Shown: positions 13,706 to 23,549, numbered from the stretch's first letter. The stretch: DNA of 64,000 nt from an uncultured Verrucomicrobiae bacterium (GCA_963769025.1 CAVYKI010000003.1:576001-640000), one strand, 5' to 3'. The notes: generated from the letters alone by a model not told the origin. Translations and numbers: made by a program.

Positions 13706-14641
13706 ATGAACTCCCCCTCCCTGTTCACCCGCCGCGCCTTCGTCCGCACTGCCACACTGGCCGCACTCGCACCTGTCGGCGGTGCGATCACGCGCGGCGC
13801 AAATCCAGGATTCATCGACGCCCATGTCCACGTCTGGACGCCCGACACGCAGAGCTTCCCTCTCGCGGAAGGAGTCACAAAGGAAAAGGCGATGGTGCCC
13901 CCGAGCTTCACGCCGGCGGAACTCTTCGCGCATTGCCGTCCGGAAGGCGTGACCCGCGTCGTGCTGATCCAGATGAGTTTTTACAAGACCGACAACCGCT
14001 ACATGCTCCATGCCATCGAACGGCATCCCGGCGTTTTCAGCGGCGTGGCGATCGTCGATGAAACGAAGGGCGACGTTTGCGACACGATGAAGGCGCTGGC
14101 GAAGCAGGGCGTGCGCGGTTTCCGCATCTACACCGATCGCGAAAAGGCGGAGGCGTGGGCCGACTCGGACGCGATGAAAAAGATGTGGTCGTGCGCCGCG
14201 GACGCCGGGCTCTCCATGTGCCTGCTGGCAAATCCCGACGCACTGCCTGGCATCCACCGCATGTGCAAGGCGTATCCGAAAACGCGCGTCGTCATCGATC
14301 ACTTCGCCCGTATCGGCATGAAGGGAGTGGTCGAGAATGCAGACCTCGAAAACCTTTGCCGCCTCGCGGAATTCCCGCACACGCACGTGAAGACCTCCGC
14401 CTTTTACGCGCTCGGCGCGAAGAAGGCGCCCTACACCGACATGGCTCCGCTCATTCGTCGGCTGCGCGAAAGCTACGGCGCGTCGCGCCTGATGTGGGCG
14501 AGCGACTGCCCCTACCAAGTGCAGCAAGGTCACACCTACGCGGACTCCATCGCGCTCATCCGCGATCGGCTCGATTTTCTCTCCGCCGAGGACAAGGACT
14601 GGATGCTGCGCAAGACGGCGGAGAAGGTGTTCTTCAGCTAG
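13706..14641 (+). CDS. Amidohydrolase family protein (Amidohydro_2) with TAT-like leader
   Basis: TRRAFV leader, IDAHVHVW, VIDHFAR, RLMWASDCP. Confidence 0.85.
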   Translation: MNSPSLFTRRAFVRTATLAALAPVGGAITRGANPGFIDAHVHVWTPDTQSFPLAEGVTKEKAMVPPSFTPAELFAHCRPEGVTRVVLIQMSFYKTDNRYMLHAIERHPGVFSGVAIVDETKGDVCDTMKALAKQGVRGFRIYTDREKAEAWADSDAMKKMWSCAADAGLSMCLLANPDALPGIHRMCKAYPKTRVVIDHFARIGMKGVVENADLENLCRLAEFPHTHVKTSAFYALGAKKAPYTDMAPLIRRLRESYGASRLMWASDCPYQVQQGHTYADSIALIRDRLDFLSAEDKDWMLRKTAEKVFFS

Positions 14642-14667
14642 CGCGCGCTCGCCGGTCACGCCGATTC

Positions 14668-14695
14668 GTAGGACGCCCCGGCGAGGCGTCCCTAC
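14668..14695. repeat. GTAG-type REP-like palindrome between convergent genes (possible bidirectional terminator)
   Basis: GTAGGACGCCCCGGCGAGGCGTCCCTAC, an imperfect palindrome overlapping the stop codon of the minus-strand gene. Confidence 0.5.
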
Positions 14696-15852
14696 CGGAA
14701 ACGCAGGATGAAATCGCGGTAGAAGGTGAGCGCGCGCTCGACCTCGGCGATCTCGACAAACTCCACGGCGGCGTGCGCCTGATCGATGCTGCCCGGGCCG
14801 ATGATGAGGCTCGGGATTCCCGCGCGGGAAAGTTTGCTTGCGTCGCTGCCGAACGGGACGCCGCCCAGCGTGGCGTCGAGGCCCATCTCGGAGAGCACCG
14901 CACTTGCGAGTTGCGCGGGCGCCGAATCGGCGGCGGTCTCGAGCGCTTCGTCCATGATCTTCGCCGGCTCCATCACCGCATCAAAGGTCGGGTGCTGCGC
15001 CTTCAATTTGTCGAGCAGGCCCTGGTAGTGCGCAAGCACGGCGGGACCGCTCTCGCCCGGCAGCAGGCGGCGATCGATTTCGATCGCGCAGGTGTCCGGC
15101 ACGAAATTCACCTGCACCCCACCCTGGATGATGCCGACGTTCACCGTCGCCGGCCCGAGCAGCGGATGCACATTCGCCGCGAGCCGCGCATGGTCCTCCT
15201 CGATCGCCAGAACGACGCGCGCCGCATGGCTGATCGCATTCACGCCGAGGTGCGGCTTGCCGCTGTGCGCCGCCTTTCCCCGCACCACGATGCGCCAGCG
15301 GAGCACGCCCTTGCCGGCGATGATCGCGCGCAGCCCTGTCGGTTCCGCCACCAGCGCAGCGTGCGCCGCAGGGGACGCCTGCCCGGCGAGGCTCTCGCAA
15401 AGTTTCACCACGCCGCGATATGAAAACTCCTCGTCCACCACAGCCGCGAGCCACACTTCGCACGGCGGCTGGATGCCGTCCTCATGCAATGACGCGACCG
15501 CATGCATCATCGCCGCGAGCCCGGCCTTCGTGTCGCAACTGCCGCGACCGTACAGCTTCCCATCCTCCACGCGCGGCTCGAACGGCGGAATGCTCATGCC
15601 CTGCACCGACACCGTGTCCATGTGCGCCTCGAGGATCACGCGCCGCGAAGCATCCCGGCCCGGCAGCCGCGCGATGACATTCGGCCGGCCGGGAAACACC
15701 TCCTGTTCCCAAACTTCGATCCCGTGCTGCTCGAAAAACCTCCGCACCCACGCGGCGATTTCCCTTTCCCCAGGCCCGCCCTCGTAGGACGAGTTCACGC
15801 TGTTGATCCGCACCAGGCTGGCAAGCGTATCGATGACTTCAGGACTGCTCAT
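14692..15852 (-). CDS. M20 metallopeptidase, acetylornithine deacetylase (ArgE/DapE)-like
   Basis: LEAHMDTV, YGRGSCDTK, VDEEF, AEPT, AHSGKPHLGVNAI, FGSDA, GPGSIDQAH. Confidence 0.88.
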   Translation of the reverse strand: MSSPEVIDTLASLVRINSVNSSYEGGPGEREIAAWVRRFFEQHGIEVWEQEVFPGRPNVIARLPGRDASRRVILEAHMDTVSVQGMSIPPFEPRVEDGKLYGRGSCDTKAGLAAMMHAVASLHEDGIQPPCEVWLAAVVDEEFSYRGVVKLCESLAGQASPAAHAALVAEPTGLRAIIAGKGVLRWRIVVRGKAAHSGKPHLGVNAISHAARVVLAIEEDHARLAANVHPLLGPATVNVGIIQGGVQVNFVPDTCAIEIDRRLLPGESGPAVLAHYQGLLDKLKAQHPTFDAVMEPAKIMDEALETAADSAPAQLASAVLSEMGLDATLGGVPFGSDASKLSRAGIPSLIIGPGSIDQAHAAVEFVEIAEVERALTFYRDFILRFR

Positions 15853-15972
15853 GCCCCGCCATGATTGAAGTTCAACGCCGCGCAGGCCAGCAGGAACACA
15901 GCCACCGCCTGCCGAGGCTCCGCGAGAGAATTTGCTTTTCGCCCTGCGCAAACTCCGTCCTCCTACGCGCCG

Positions 15973-17541
15973 ATGACCGCTCAACCCTCCCAACGCGGCG
16001 CCATTGCCGCCCTCACCGCCGCCTTTCTCGGGTGGCTATTCGATGGCTTCGAGATGGGGCTCTTTCCCCTGATCGGAAAACCGGCGCTCCAGGATCTGCT
16101 GCCCACCTCGACTGCGGCGCAGCAAGGGCAGTGGTTCACGGTGATCATCGCCGTCTTCCTCGTCGGTGCGGCGACGGGCGGCGTGCTCTTCGGCTGGCTG
16201 GGCGACAAGCTGGGCCGCGTGAAGGCGATGACCCTCGCCATTTGCACCTACGCCATCTTCACCGGCCTGTGCGCGTTCGTCACGGACGCCTGGCAGTTTG
16301 CCGCCCTGCGCTTCATCGCGTCGCTCGGCATGGGCGGCGAGTGGGCGCTCGGCGTGGCGCTGGTGAATGAGATCTGGCCGGACAAAAATCGCGCGTGGAT
16401 CGCCGGGCTGATCGGCGCGGCGTCGAACATCGGCTTCCTGCTCACCGGCCTGCTCAGCCTGTATCTCAATGCCAGCCTGGAGACCGTGTCGCATTGGATC
16501 AGCAGCATGGGCGTCAGCCAGGGCACGGCGGATTACCTGCTGCACAATCGCGGCTGGCGATTCCTCGCGGTGAGCGGCGCGGCGCCCGCGCTCATCACCT
16601 TCTTCATCCTCGTTTTCGTGCCGGAGTCCCACAAGTGGGAGGCGGAGAAAAAGGCCGGCAGCACCTCGCACTGGGCCACGATCGATCTGCTCGGCGTGCT
16701 GGCGGCAGCGGTTGCGGCCATGGGAATCATCGCGATCTGGACACCGCAGATCTTTGAAAAAGTGGGGAACATCGTTGCCATTCCGGTGACGATCGTCGGC
16801 CTCGGGATTGCCCTCTGGGGCTATCTGCATCCCGTGCGGCGTTACATGACCCGTGCCCACGCGGGAGGCGGCGTCCCAAATTCGGAACGCGCCGTCATCA
16901 TGCGCAATCTCCTGATCGGCGCCGGCCTGGCGGCAGTCGCGCTCATGGGCACCTGGGGTTCCGCGCAGCAGTCGGCGAAGTGGGCGTCGTTCCTCTCGGC
17001 GGATGGCACAAAATCCAGCGTCATCGAGTACGTCGTCATCGCCACGGCGCTGGGAGCCATCCTCGTGACGATGATCGCCCCGCTCGTCGCCGACAAGCTG
17101 GGCCGCAGAGTCACCTACTTCGTGCTTTGCGTGGCAGCCTTGGGGTCCGCCATCGTCTTCTTCCAGACGAACGGCTCGTACTCTGGCGCCACGCCAGTCT
17201 GGCTGATGATCAGCGCCTTCCTCCTCGGCGGCCTGACCGCCTCCTTCTACGGGTTTTTCCCGCTCTATTTTCCGGAACTGTTCCCCACGAGCGTCCGCGC
17301 CACCGGCCAGGGATTCTGCTTCAATTTCGGCCGCCTCATCGCCGCGATTGGCTCGCTGCAGTTTGTGAATCTCATGGGCGTGTTCGGTTCTGGCAAGGTC
17401 GCGGATCTCGAAGGCGACGCCCGCCGGATCATGCAATTCCAAGTCGAGGCCAACGCCTTCTCCGTGCTCTCCTGCGTCTATCTCATCGGCATGGTGCTGA
17501 TCTGGTTCGCGCCCGAGACTAAGGGCCACAAGCTCGCGTAA
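15973..17541 (+). CDS. MFS transporter (sialate/aromatic-acid type)
   Basis: GWLFDGFE, GWLGDKLGR, GMGGEW, ELFPTSVRATGQG, PETKG. Confidence 0.9.
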   Translation: MTAQPSQRGAIAALTAAFLGWLFDGFEMGLFPLIGKPALQDLLPTSTAAQQGQWFTVIIAVFLVGAATGGVLFGWLGDKLGRVKAMTLAICTYAIFTGLCAFVTDAWQFAALRFIASLGMGGEWALGVALVNEIWPDKNRAWIAGLIGAASNIGFLLTGLLSLYLNASLETVSHWISSMGVSQGTADYLLHNRGWRFLAVSGAAPALITFFILVFVPESHKWEAEKKAGSTSHWATIDLLGVLAAAVAAMGIIAIWTPQIFEKVGNIVAIPVTIVGLGIALWGYLHPVRRYMTRAHAGGGVPNSERAVIMRNLLIGAGLAAVALMGTWGSAQQSAKWASFLSADGTKSSVIEYVVIATALGAILVTMIAPLVADKLGRRVTYFVLCVAALGSAIVFFQTNGSYSGATPVWLMISAFLLGGLTASFYGFFPLYFPELFPTSVRATGQGFCFNFGRLIAAIGSLQFVNLMGVFGSGKVADLEGDARRIMQFQVEANAFSVLSCVYLIGMVLIWFAPETKGHKLA

Positions 17542-17577
17542 CCTGCCGCGTGCGCCATCCGCGGCAGATTCAAGACC

Positions 17578-18045
17578 TCAGTAAACCCACGGGATGAAGC
17601 GCCGCACTTTTGCGGAATAGCCGGCGTATCCGGGAAACTGTCGCAGCAGCCACCGCTCTTCGCGCCGCGCCTTTGCATCGAGGAAAACGGCCTGCACCAC
17701 CGCGAGGAGGGCACCGAGTCCGCTTTCCCACAGGCACGCCCATCCAAAGCTGAGCGCGATGAGACTCGCATACAGCGGATGGCGCACCATTGCGTACACG
17801 CCGCTCTGCACGAGTTGCGAATCGCCGCGCGGTCTGGGAAATGGCGTCCGGTTCCTGCCAAGCACGCGCGTCCCTGCCACGCCGGCCAGCGCGCCGATTG
17901 CGAGCAATGCCCCGGCGGGAATCCAGAGCCCCGGCGCATGCGTCACCGAGTGGCCGAGCGGCGCGAGCACCAGCCATGCGGCCATGACCACATACTGCCC
18001 CACCACCCATCCCCCGCCCTTCTCGCGAAATGTTCGGCGCGTCAC
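17578..18045 (-). CDS. Isoprenylcysteine carboxyl methyltransferase / PEMT family membrane protein
   Basis: LVQSGVYAMVRHPLY, KARREERWL, YSAKVRRFIP. Confidence 0.88.
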   Translation of the reverse strand: MTRRTFREKGGGWVVGQYVVMAAWLVLAPLGHSVTHAPGLWIPAGALLAIGALAGVAGTRVLGRNRTPFPRPRGDSQLVQSGVYAMVRHPLYASLIALSFGWACLWESGLGALLAVVQAVFLDAKARREERWLLRQFPGYAGYSAKVRRFIPWVY

Positions 18046-19259
18046 TTCGCGAACCAGCTCTTCGCCAGCGGATCGGTCGCGAAAAACTCCAGCAGCAGCC
18101 CGGCCACCTTCATCCGGCCGCTCTCGCTCGGGTGCACGCCGTCGCCGGTGAAATCCTGCGGCTCATATTTGAGCCCGTCGAGCTTGCGGCCGCTCGTGCC
18201 TTCGGCCCAGAGGTAGGGACCCCAGAGCAGCAGCGGCGCCCTGTCGGCGGCGAGCGCGGCGTCGCCTTTCATCTGCTGCTGGATGAGATGGCGGACTCCG
18301 AAGGCGCTCTCATACGCATACGGCTCGGGATTCAGCCCGCCCTTCGCGTTGCCGGCCCAGATGCGGCTGCCGAGATAGGCGATGCGGAGGTTTGGGAATT
18401 TCGCCTTCGCGTTTTGCAGTACCTTCGTCGTGTCAGTCTCGAGTTTGGCGAGATGTTCCGCCATCGATCCGCCGGGGCCCTTGTTCGCGAGTTTGATCCA
18501 CGCTACCTGCACCTGCGCGGGGCTCACTTGCGCGTTCGCGATACGATTCATCGCCTCCTGCCACGGCCGGCCGTCGGGATTCACCCACTCGGCCATCGCC
18601 TGCCCGCCCTGCGCGCAATCCACGATGGTGAGCTGCGGCGACTTCCGGGAGTCCGCGTCGGCGATGCGTTTGAAGGTGGAGAATTCCATTGTCGCATTCG
18701 ACATGCTGATGGAAACGAGCACGACCTTGCCATCGATCGGCTTGATCTGTGCGAGCGCCGCGGATGCCGCTTTTGCCAAGGCCTCGGGCGGCGTGTTTTT
18801 TCCGCCACCGTAGAGCCCGCCGTCCTCGCCTTCGTAGCGATCCGCGGCGGTCATGTCGCTCAGCGGCTTCAGGGATGCGGGTGCCTTGCGCTGATTTGCC
18901 GGAGCGCCAGCGCTTCCGCCTCCGCCGCCGCGGTTGCGCGCGGCCTTGGCTTTGTCGAGGTAGGCCTGCTCCTCCGCGTTGAGCTTTTCACCGGACTGGC
19001 TGCGGCGGAACAGCGTCTGCGCCTTGTTCCAATCAATCCCATCGGCACCCGCCGCCGGCGCTGCGCCGTCCGGGCGTTTCTGGCGCGTCGCTTCGGCGCG
19101 TTCGATGTAGGCCTTTTCTTCAGCGCTCAACGTCGCGCCACCGCGCTGGCGCTCGATGAGCTGACGGACCTTTGCCGTGTCTATCGCATCGTTTTGCGAA
19201 AAGCCGGCGGCGGTGAAGCTGAGCAACAGGGCGAGAGCGAAAATTCGGGAGGGTTTCAT
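18042..19259 (-). CDS. Secreted protein with two N-terminal helical repeats and an SGNH-hydrolase-like C-terminal domain
   Basis: Signal peptide MKPSRIFALALLL; two copies of ID..K...L..R...G..L.AEE.AY; C-terminal DGVHPS. Confidence 0.6.
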   Translation of the reverse strand: MKPSRIFALALLLSFTAAGFSQNDAIDTAKVRQLIERQRGGATLSAEEKAYIERAEATRQKRPDGAAPAAGADGIDWNKAQTLFRRSQSGEKLNAEEQAYLDKAKAARNRGGGGGSAGAPANQRKAPASLKPLSDMTAADRYEGEDGGLYGGGKNTPPEALAKAASAALAQIKPIDGKVVLVSISMSNATMEFSTFKRIADADSRKSPQLTIVDCAQGGQAMAEWVNPDGRPWQEAMNRIANAQVSPAQVQVAWIKLANKGPGGSMAEHLAKLETDTTKVLQNAKAKFPNLRIAYLGSRIWAGNAKGGLNPEPYAYESAFGVRHLIQQQMKGDAALAADRAPLLLWGPYLWAEGTSGRKLDGLKYEPQDFTGDGVHPSESGRMKVAGLLLEFFATDPLAKSWFAK

Positions 19260-19384
19260 GAGCGTGGTAAACACCGGGCAGGGGTGAATAGTTGCGCGCG
19301 CGTCGCGGAGACTTCGGTTCGCCCGGAGTGTCCCGTGAAATGGAGCAACGGAGTATTCCTCGGGATCCGCTGGTGCCGTGGATT

Positions 19385-19464
19385 TCTCGGGAAGGCAGGA
19401 ACTCAGGAAAAGCGTCGGGGTCGGCGTCGGCGTCTCCATTTCCAATCTTCCTGCCTTCCTGAGA
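19385..19464. repeat. Intergenic hairpin element with 8-bp-period arms (CAGGAAGG family)
   Basis: Left arm tctCGGGAAGG-CAGGAACT-CAGGAAAA, right arm TTCCAATC-TTCCTGCC-TTCCTGAGa; lies between divergent genes. Confidence 0.6.
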
Positions 19465-19542
19465 GCCATCTTCGGACCGGCGAGGGACGAAAAAGCGTCC
19501 GCCGCAGTGACAACGGGACCGGGCTCGCGCACAGTGCGCGGC

Positions 19543-21264
19543 ATGATGAAAGCGCTCACGTTCCTCCTTCTCGCGTCGCTCACGGCCGTCATCGCCCCAC
19601 CCGGCACCGCCGCGGATGCGCCCGCGACCAATGCTGCAAAAGCGCTCAGCCCTTTCGGGGTCGGCGCGTGCAACCAGACTTCGCAGGAACTCGGCAAGTG
19701 GATCCCGCAGATGGCGGCGATCGGCATCACCAACATGCGCGCGTGCCGCACGAGCTTCGGCGACGTGGAGCCGGAGGAGGGCAAGTGGACCTGGACGCGC
19801 CTCGACGAACAACTGAGCTACGGCGAAGCGCAGAAGATGGAATTTTTCGGCCTGCTCCTCGGAAGTCCGCGGTGGAACACGAAGGACGCACCGGGCCGGC
19901 TGCCGGTGAACAATCTCCCCGCGTGGTCCGAGTATGTCTCGAAAATCGTGACGCACGCGAAAGGCCGCATCCGGTTTTGGGAGGTGTGGAATGAGCCGCC
20001 GAATTTCACGGGACGCGATCAGACACCGGAGGACTACGCGAAGATTGTCGTCAGTTCGTACGATGCGGCGAAGGCGGCGGACCCGTCGTGCCTCGTCGGA
20101 CTCGCGGCGAAATCGGTCCACGTGAATTACCTCGAACAGGTGATCAAGGCGGGCGCGAAGGATCACTTCGATTACATCACGGTGCATCCCTACGAGGTGC
20201 TCGGCACGGTGATCAACAACGCCGGGACGGAACCCGTCTTCATGAGCATCGTGCCCACGATCCGGAAAATGCTCGCCGTGCAGAATCCGGCGAAGGCGGA
20301 TGTGCCGATCTTTTTCACCGAGCTCGGCACGGACATCAAGAAGGGCCTGGACGTGCAGGGCCACGCGCTGGTGAAGGCATTCACGATGGGCATCGCGCAG
20401 GGCGTCACGTGCATCAATTGGTTCCAGGGCATGGACGGCGACAGCGGGCCGATGGGCCTGCTCGAACGCAGTGGCCGCGCGCGGCCGGCCTACAAGGCGA
20501 TGGCGCAAATGATCGAACACCTCGGCACGCATCCGAAATACCTCGGCTGGGTGCTGCTGAACCAACGCAACTACGGCTTCGTGTTCGATGGGGCGAAGAC
20601 GACCGTGCTCGTGACCTGGGCGTCGCGCGGGACGCCGGATCTCGTGGAGTTCGGCGAGACGGTGCGGATCGCGAATCCGCTCACGGGCAACGTCGCGACG
20701 GCGAACAGCCACGAACTTTCCAGCGCCCCGGTGCTCGTGCTCGGCGTGCCCGCGGATATCGTGAAGCAGGCGCGTGCAAACAAGCCGCTGCCGCTCCCGT
20801 GGGGCGGGGATGATCCGGCGGCGACGAGCGTTTCCCTGACGATGGGCGAGACGAGTGTCGAGAAGGGGCTCCACACGCTCGCCGGCGAATCCGTCGCAGC
20901 GGATGTCGTCGCCTACGGCGGCTCCGCGCGCGCGGGCGGCGTGCCCGGAGGCAACCTGTTCGTGGTGAATCCGAATTTCCTCTCCTACACGCCGGAGCCG
21001 ATCGAGATCACCGCCGTCGTCCGCCGCAATCCCGCGAACGACAACGCGGGCTTCAAGCTCGTGTATGAGTCCACCAGCGGCTTCAAGACCGCAGGCACGT
21101 GGTACACCATTCCGGACAACAAGCAGTGGCACAAGGTGAGCTGGAAGATCCACGACGCGCAGTTCGTGAGCTACTGGGGCTACAATTTCGCCCTCGAGTC
21201 GGACGGGAGCAAATTCAACAAATACTACCTCCAGAGCGTGACGGTGACGAAACTGCCGAAGTGA
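19543..21264 (+). CDS. Secreted clan GH-A glycoside hydrolase (GH39/GH5-like)
   Basis: Signal peptide; WEVWNEPP (acid/base) and FTELG (nucleophile); ITVHPY. Confidence 0.75.
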   Translation: MMKALTFLLLASLTAVIAPPGTAADAPATNAAKALSPFGVGACNQTSQELGKWIPQMAAIGITNMRACRTSFGDVEPEEGKWTWTRLDEQLSYGEAQKMEFFGLLLGSPRWNTKDAPGRLPVNNLPAWSEYVSKIVTHAKGRIRFWEVWNEPPNFTGRDQTPEDYAKIVVSSYDAAKAADPSCLVGLAAKSVHVNYLEQVIKAGAKDHFDYITVHPYEVLGTVINNAGTEPVFMSIVPTIRKMLAVQNPAKADVPIFFTELGTDIKKGLDVQGHALVKAFTMGIAQGVTCINWFQGMDGDSGPMGLLERSGRARPAYKAMAQMIEHLGTHPKYLGWVLLNQRNYGFVFDGAKTTVLVTWASRGTPDLVEFGETVRIANPLTGNVATANSHELSSAPVLVLGVPADIVKQARANKPLPLPWGGDDPAATSVSLTMGETSVEKGLHTLAGESVAADVVAYGGSARAGGVPGGNLFVVNPNFLSYTPEPIEITAVVRRNPANDNAGFKLVYESTSGFKTAGTWYTIPDNKQWHKVSWKIHDAQFVSYWGYNFALESDGSKFNKYYLQSVTVTKLPK

Positions 21265-21315
21265 CCGGCGACGAAGTCCTTCGGAATCGGAACGGCTCAC
21301 CCCGATCCGCGGGCG

Positions 21316-21789
21316 CTACTGCGCGGGACGCGGTTTGCCAGCCCACTCCCCGGTGACGACGATCGGCGTGCCAAGTTCCACCCAGTCAAAAAAGCGCTTC
21401 GCTGGGTTGTCGCCCTTCAACGGCAGGCGGACGCAGCCGTGGGATGCCGGACGCTCCGGCACGGAGGTGTAACCGTGGATGAAGAAATTGCCGCGAAACT
21501 GCACGCTCCACGGCATCGGCGCGTTGTCGTAGAGGCGGGAATAGTGCATCCGCTGTTTTGCGAGCGCGGTGAAGTTGCCGGAGGGCGTCCTTCTTCCTTT
21601 CGTTCCCGTGCTCACGCGGCTTTGGAGGAAGACCTTCTCTCCTTCGTAGGCGGTGAGTGTCTGGGTCGTCTTGTCCACGACGACGCGTTTCGGCCCGGGC
21701 GGCGGCGCTTGGGTCTCGATCTGCGCGCATCCCTGCAAGGTGAGGGCCAGCAGCGCGCAGGATAGAAACGTAATCGCGCCCGGTCTCAT
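21316..21789 (-). CDS. L,D-transpeptidase (YkuD family) lipoprotein
   Basis: Lipobox LQGC, VSTG, FFIHG, ASHGCVRL. Confidence 0.9.
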   Translation of the reverse strand: MRPGAITFLSCALLALTLQGCAQIETQAPPPGPKRVVVDKTTQTLTAYEGEKVFLQSRVSTGTKGRRTPSGNFTALAKQRMHYSRLYDNAPMPWSVQFRGNFFIHGYTSVPERPASHGCVRLPLKGDNPAKRFFDWVELGTPIVVTGEWAGKPRPAQ

Positions 21790-21799
21790 GCCTTCCGTG

Positions 21800-22255
21800 T
21801 CATGGCGTGGCAGCGCCCTTGCCTGCGGGGACCACGAGCACGGGACACGTGGCGAGCTTCAGCAAGTCGTGGGTGAAGCTCCCTATGAACAGGTGGTAGA
21901 GCGCACTGTGGTGATGCGATCCCACCACGATGATGCTGGCCGACAGGCGCGCGCCTTCTTCGAGGATTTTTTCCATCGTCGCATCGCCCAATTGCCGCAC
22001 CGTGACGGCGACTCCCGTCACAGCCATCGAATCCCGGAACCCCTCGAGCGTCGCCTGCGCCGCCACGACGACCGCGTCCCCCGGTGGACGCATGACCGTC
22101 GGGGATGCGAGCCCGACATCGAGCACGACCGGCTCGTCCTTCAGCACGTGCATGATGATGACGGAGCCGCCGAATGCCTTTGCCAGATCCCGCGCCTGCG
22201 CGAGCACGCTTGCCGTCACATCGGAAAAATCCACGAGGGCGAGAATGGTTTTCAT
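21800..22255 (-). CDS. Universal stress protein
   Basis: MKTILALVDFS, IVVGSH, FIGS, CPVLVVP. Confidence 0.9.
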   Translation of the reverse strand: MKTILALVDFSDVTASVLAQARDLAKAFGGSVIIMHVLKDEPVVLDVGLASPTVMRPPGDAVVVAAQATLEGFRDSMAVTGVAVTVRQLGDATMEKILEEGARLSASIIVVGSHHHSALYHLFIGSFTHDLLKLATCPVLVVPAGKGAATP

Positions 22256-22453
22256 TGGAGGGAAAAGCCGATCGCCGCCGTCTGGAGCGCGAGCAGTCGG
22301 GAAGTGGAGTGCTGGTTCATTTCATTCACCCTACGGTCACAGCATGCGGCGGACAAGCTATCCCGCTCCGCTGACCGCGCATCAGCCCCGGCCGCGGCGT
22401 GTGGCGAAAACCCGCGACGATCGCCACCATGCCTGCCCCACGCGCGCGGACCG

Positions 22454-22729
22454 TCATCCGCGCAAACCGGGATCTTCGGGGATCGTCGCAGCAGTCAGTT
22501 CGTTCACGATGATCGCGCGCCAGTCCGCGACGGATTCCTTCGTCTCCTTTTCCACCTCCTGGAGCGCCTCCCCCAATCGTTTTCCCAAAGTGATCCATTC
22601 CCGGCCATCACGGCGTGCGGTTGCCCGCCAGAGCGGATTCTCCGGCGCGTACGAGACGCGCTCGTAGGACACCTTGAAACCGGCTGTCTTCAACCTCTCA
22701 TAGACTGCCCGCCATTCCGTCTCGCTCAT
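22454..22729 (-). CDS. Small hypothetical protein
   Basis: ORF MSETEWRAVYERLKTAGF...; ATGA overlap with the upstream ORF. Confidence 0.5.
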   Translation of the reverse strand: MSETEWRAVYERLKTAGFKVSYERVSYAPENPLWRATARRDGREWITLGKRLGEALQEVEKETKESVADWRAIIVNELTAATIPEDPGLRG

Positions 22730-22938
22730 GGTGCTTCCTTCCGTTTCGCATTCCGGCGATCCTCGGCGAGGCACTGATCCATGGCGGCCCGGGCGCCCTT
22801 GCCCCGCGCAAATTTCCTGTAGGCCGCCTGGACGATGGCGTCGATCGGCGCCTGCGGTGTGCTGCGCGGCCGTGCCGGCCTGGGTTTCCGGGAGGCGAGG
22901 AGGCGTGCTTCGTGATACATGGGAGGGTCGTTTTCCAT
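22726..22938 (-). CDS. Small basic hypothetical protein
   Basis: Fills the gap between two minus-strand ORFs; its stop overlaps the next start (ATGA). Confidence 0.35.
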   Translation of the reverse strand: MENDPPMYHEARLLASRKPRPARPRSTPQAPIDAIVQAAYRKFARGKGARAAMDQCLAEDRRNAKRKEAP

Positions 22939-22946
22939 GGGAGAAA

Positions 22947-23549
22947 TCAGTCGTTCATGCCCCACCAGCGGAGGGTTTCGGTGGCAGGGTAGAGTGCCGC
23001 CTCGCGCTCCGGGCCCGCGTCCGCGCGCCTGACACGGGTCGGCTCTGCTGCGGGTTCATGATTCACGCACAATGCCAGATCGTGACTGCAGATGAACGAC
23101 GCACCCCGGCGACCCGCGATCCGCTCCAGCGATGAGCACATGGGATCTTCGCGGCCGTGGGCATTCAGTCCTTCGTCGTGCAACGCCACCACGACGGGCT
23201 GGGCGTCCCGGTTCCCGTTCATGCAGACCTCGATCCATTTCTCCACCGTGTCGGGCAACTTTACACGTCCGTCCGCTGCGACCACGATCACATCTGCAAA
23301 GGCCGAATCACGCAGGATGGCGGCGCTCAATTCCGGCCGGCCAAGCAGTTGGAAACTCCACGATGTCGCATGCACCGGGAGGTCGCGGCTGTAGTTTTCC
23401 GCGATGGCGTCGAAGGCCTGGTACGCGCGGATGGCGTCGGCAAACTCGCGGTAAAATGTGACGATCTTGCACCTGCGATCCGCTTGAACGGCCGTCGGTT
23501 CGGTGCACTCCGACAGCGTGGGCTGGGCACTGGGGGTCATGCTGGCCAT
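22947..23549 (-). CDS. Hypothetical protein with degenerate receiver-like alpha/beta region
   Basis: 200-aa ORF; ADVIVVAADG, VVVALHD strands; ends WWGMND. Confidence 0.55.
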   Translation of the reverse strand: MASMTPSAQPTLSECTEPTAVQADRRCKIVTFYREFADAIRAYQAFDAIAENYSRDLPVHATSWSFQLLGRPELSAAILRDSAFADVIVVAADGRVKLPDTVEKWIEVCMNGNRDAQPVVVALHDEGLNAHGREDPMCSSLERIAGRRGASFICSHDLALCVNHEPAAEPTRVRRADAGPEREAALYPATETLRWWGMND

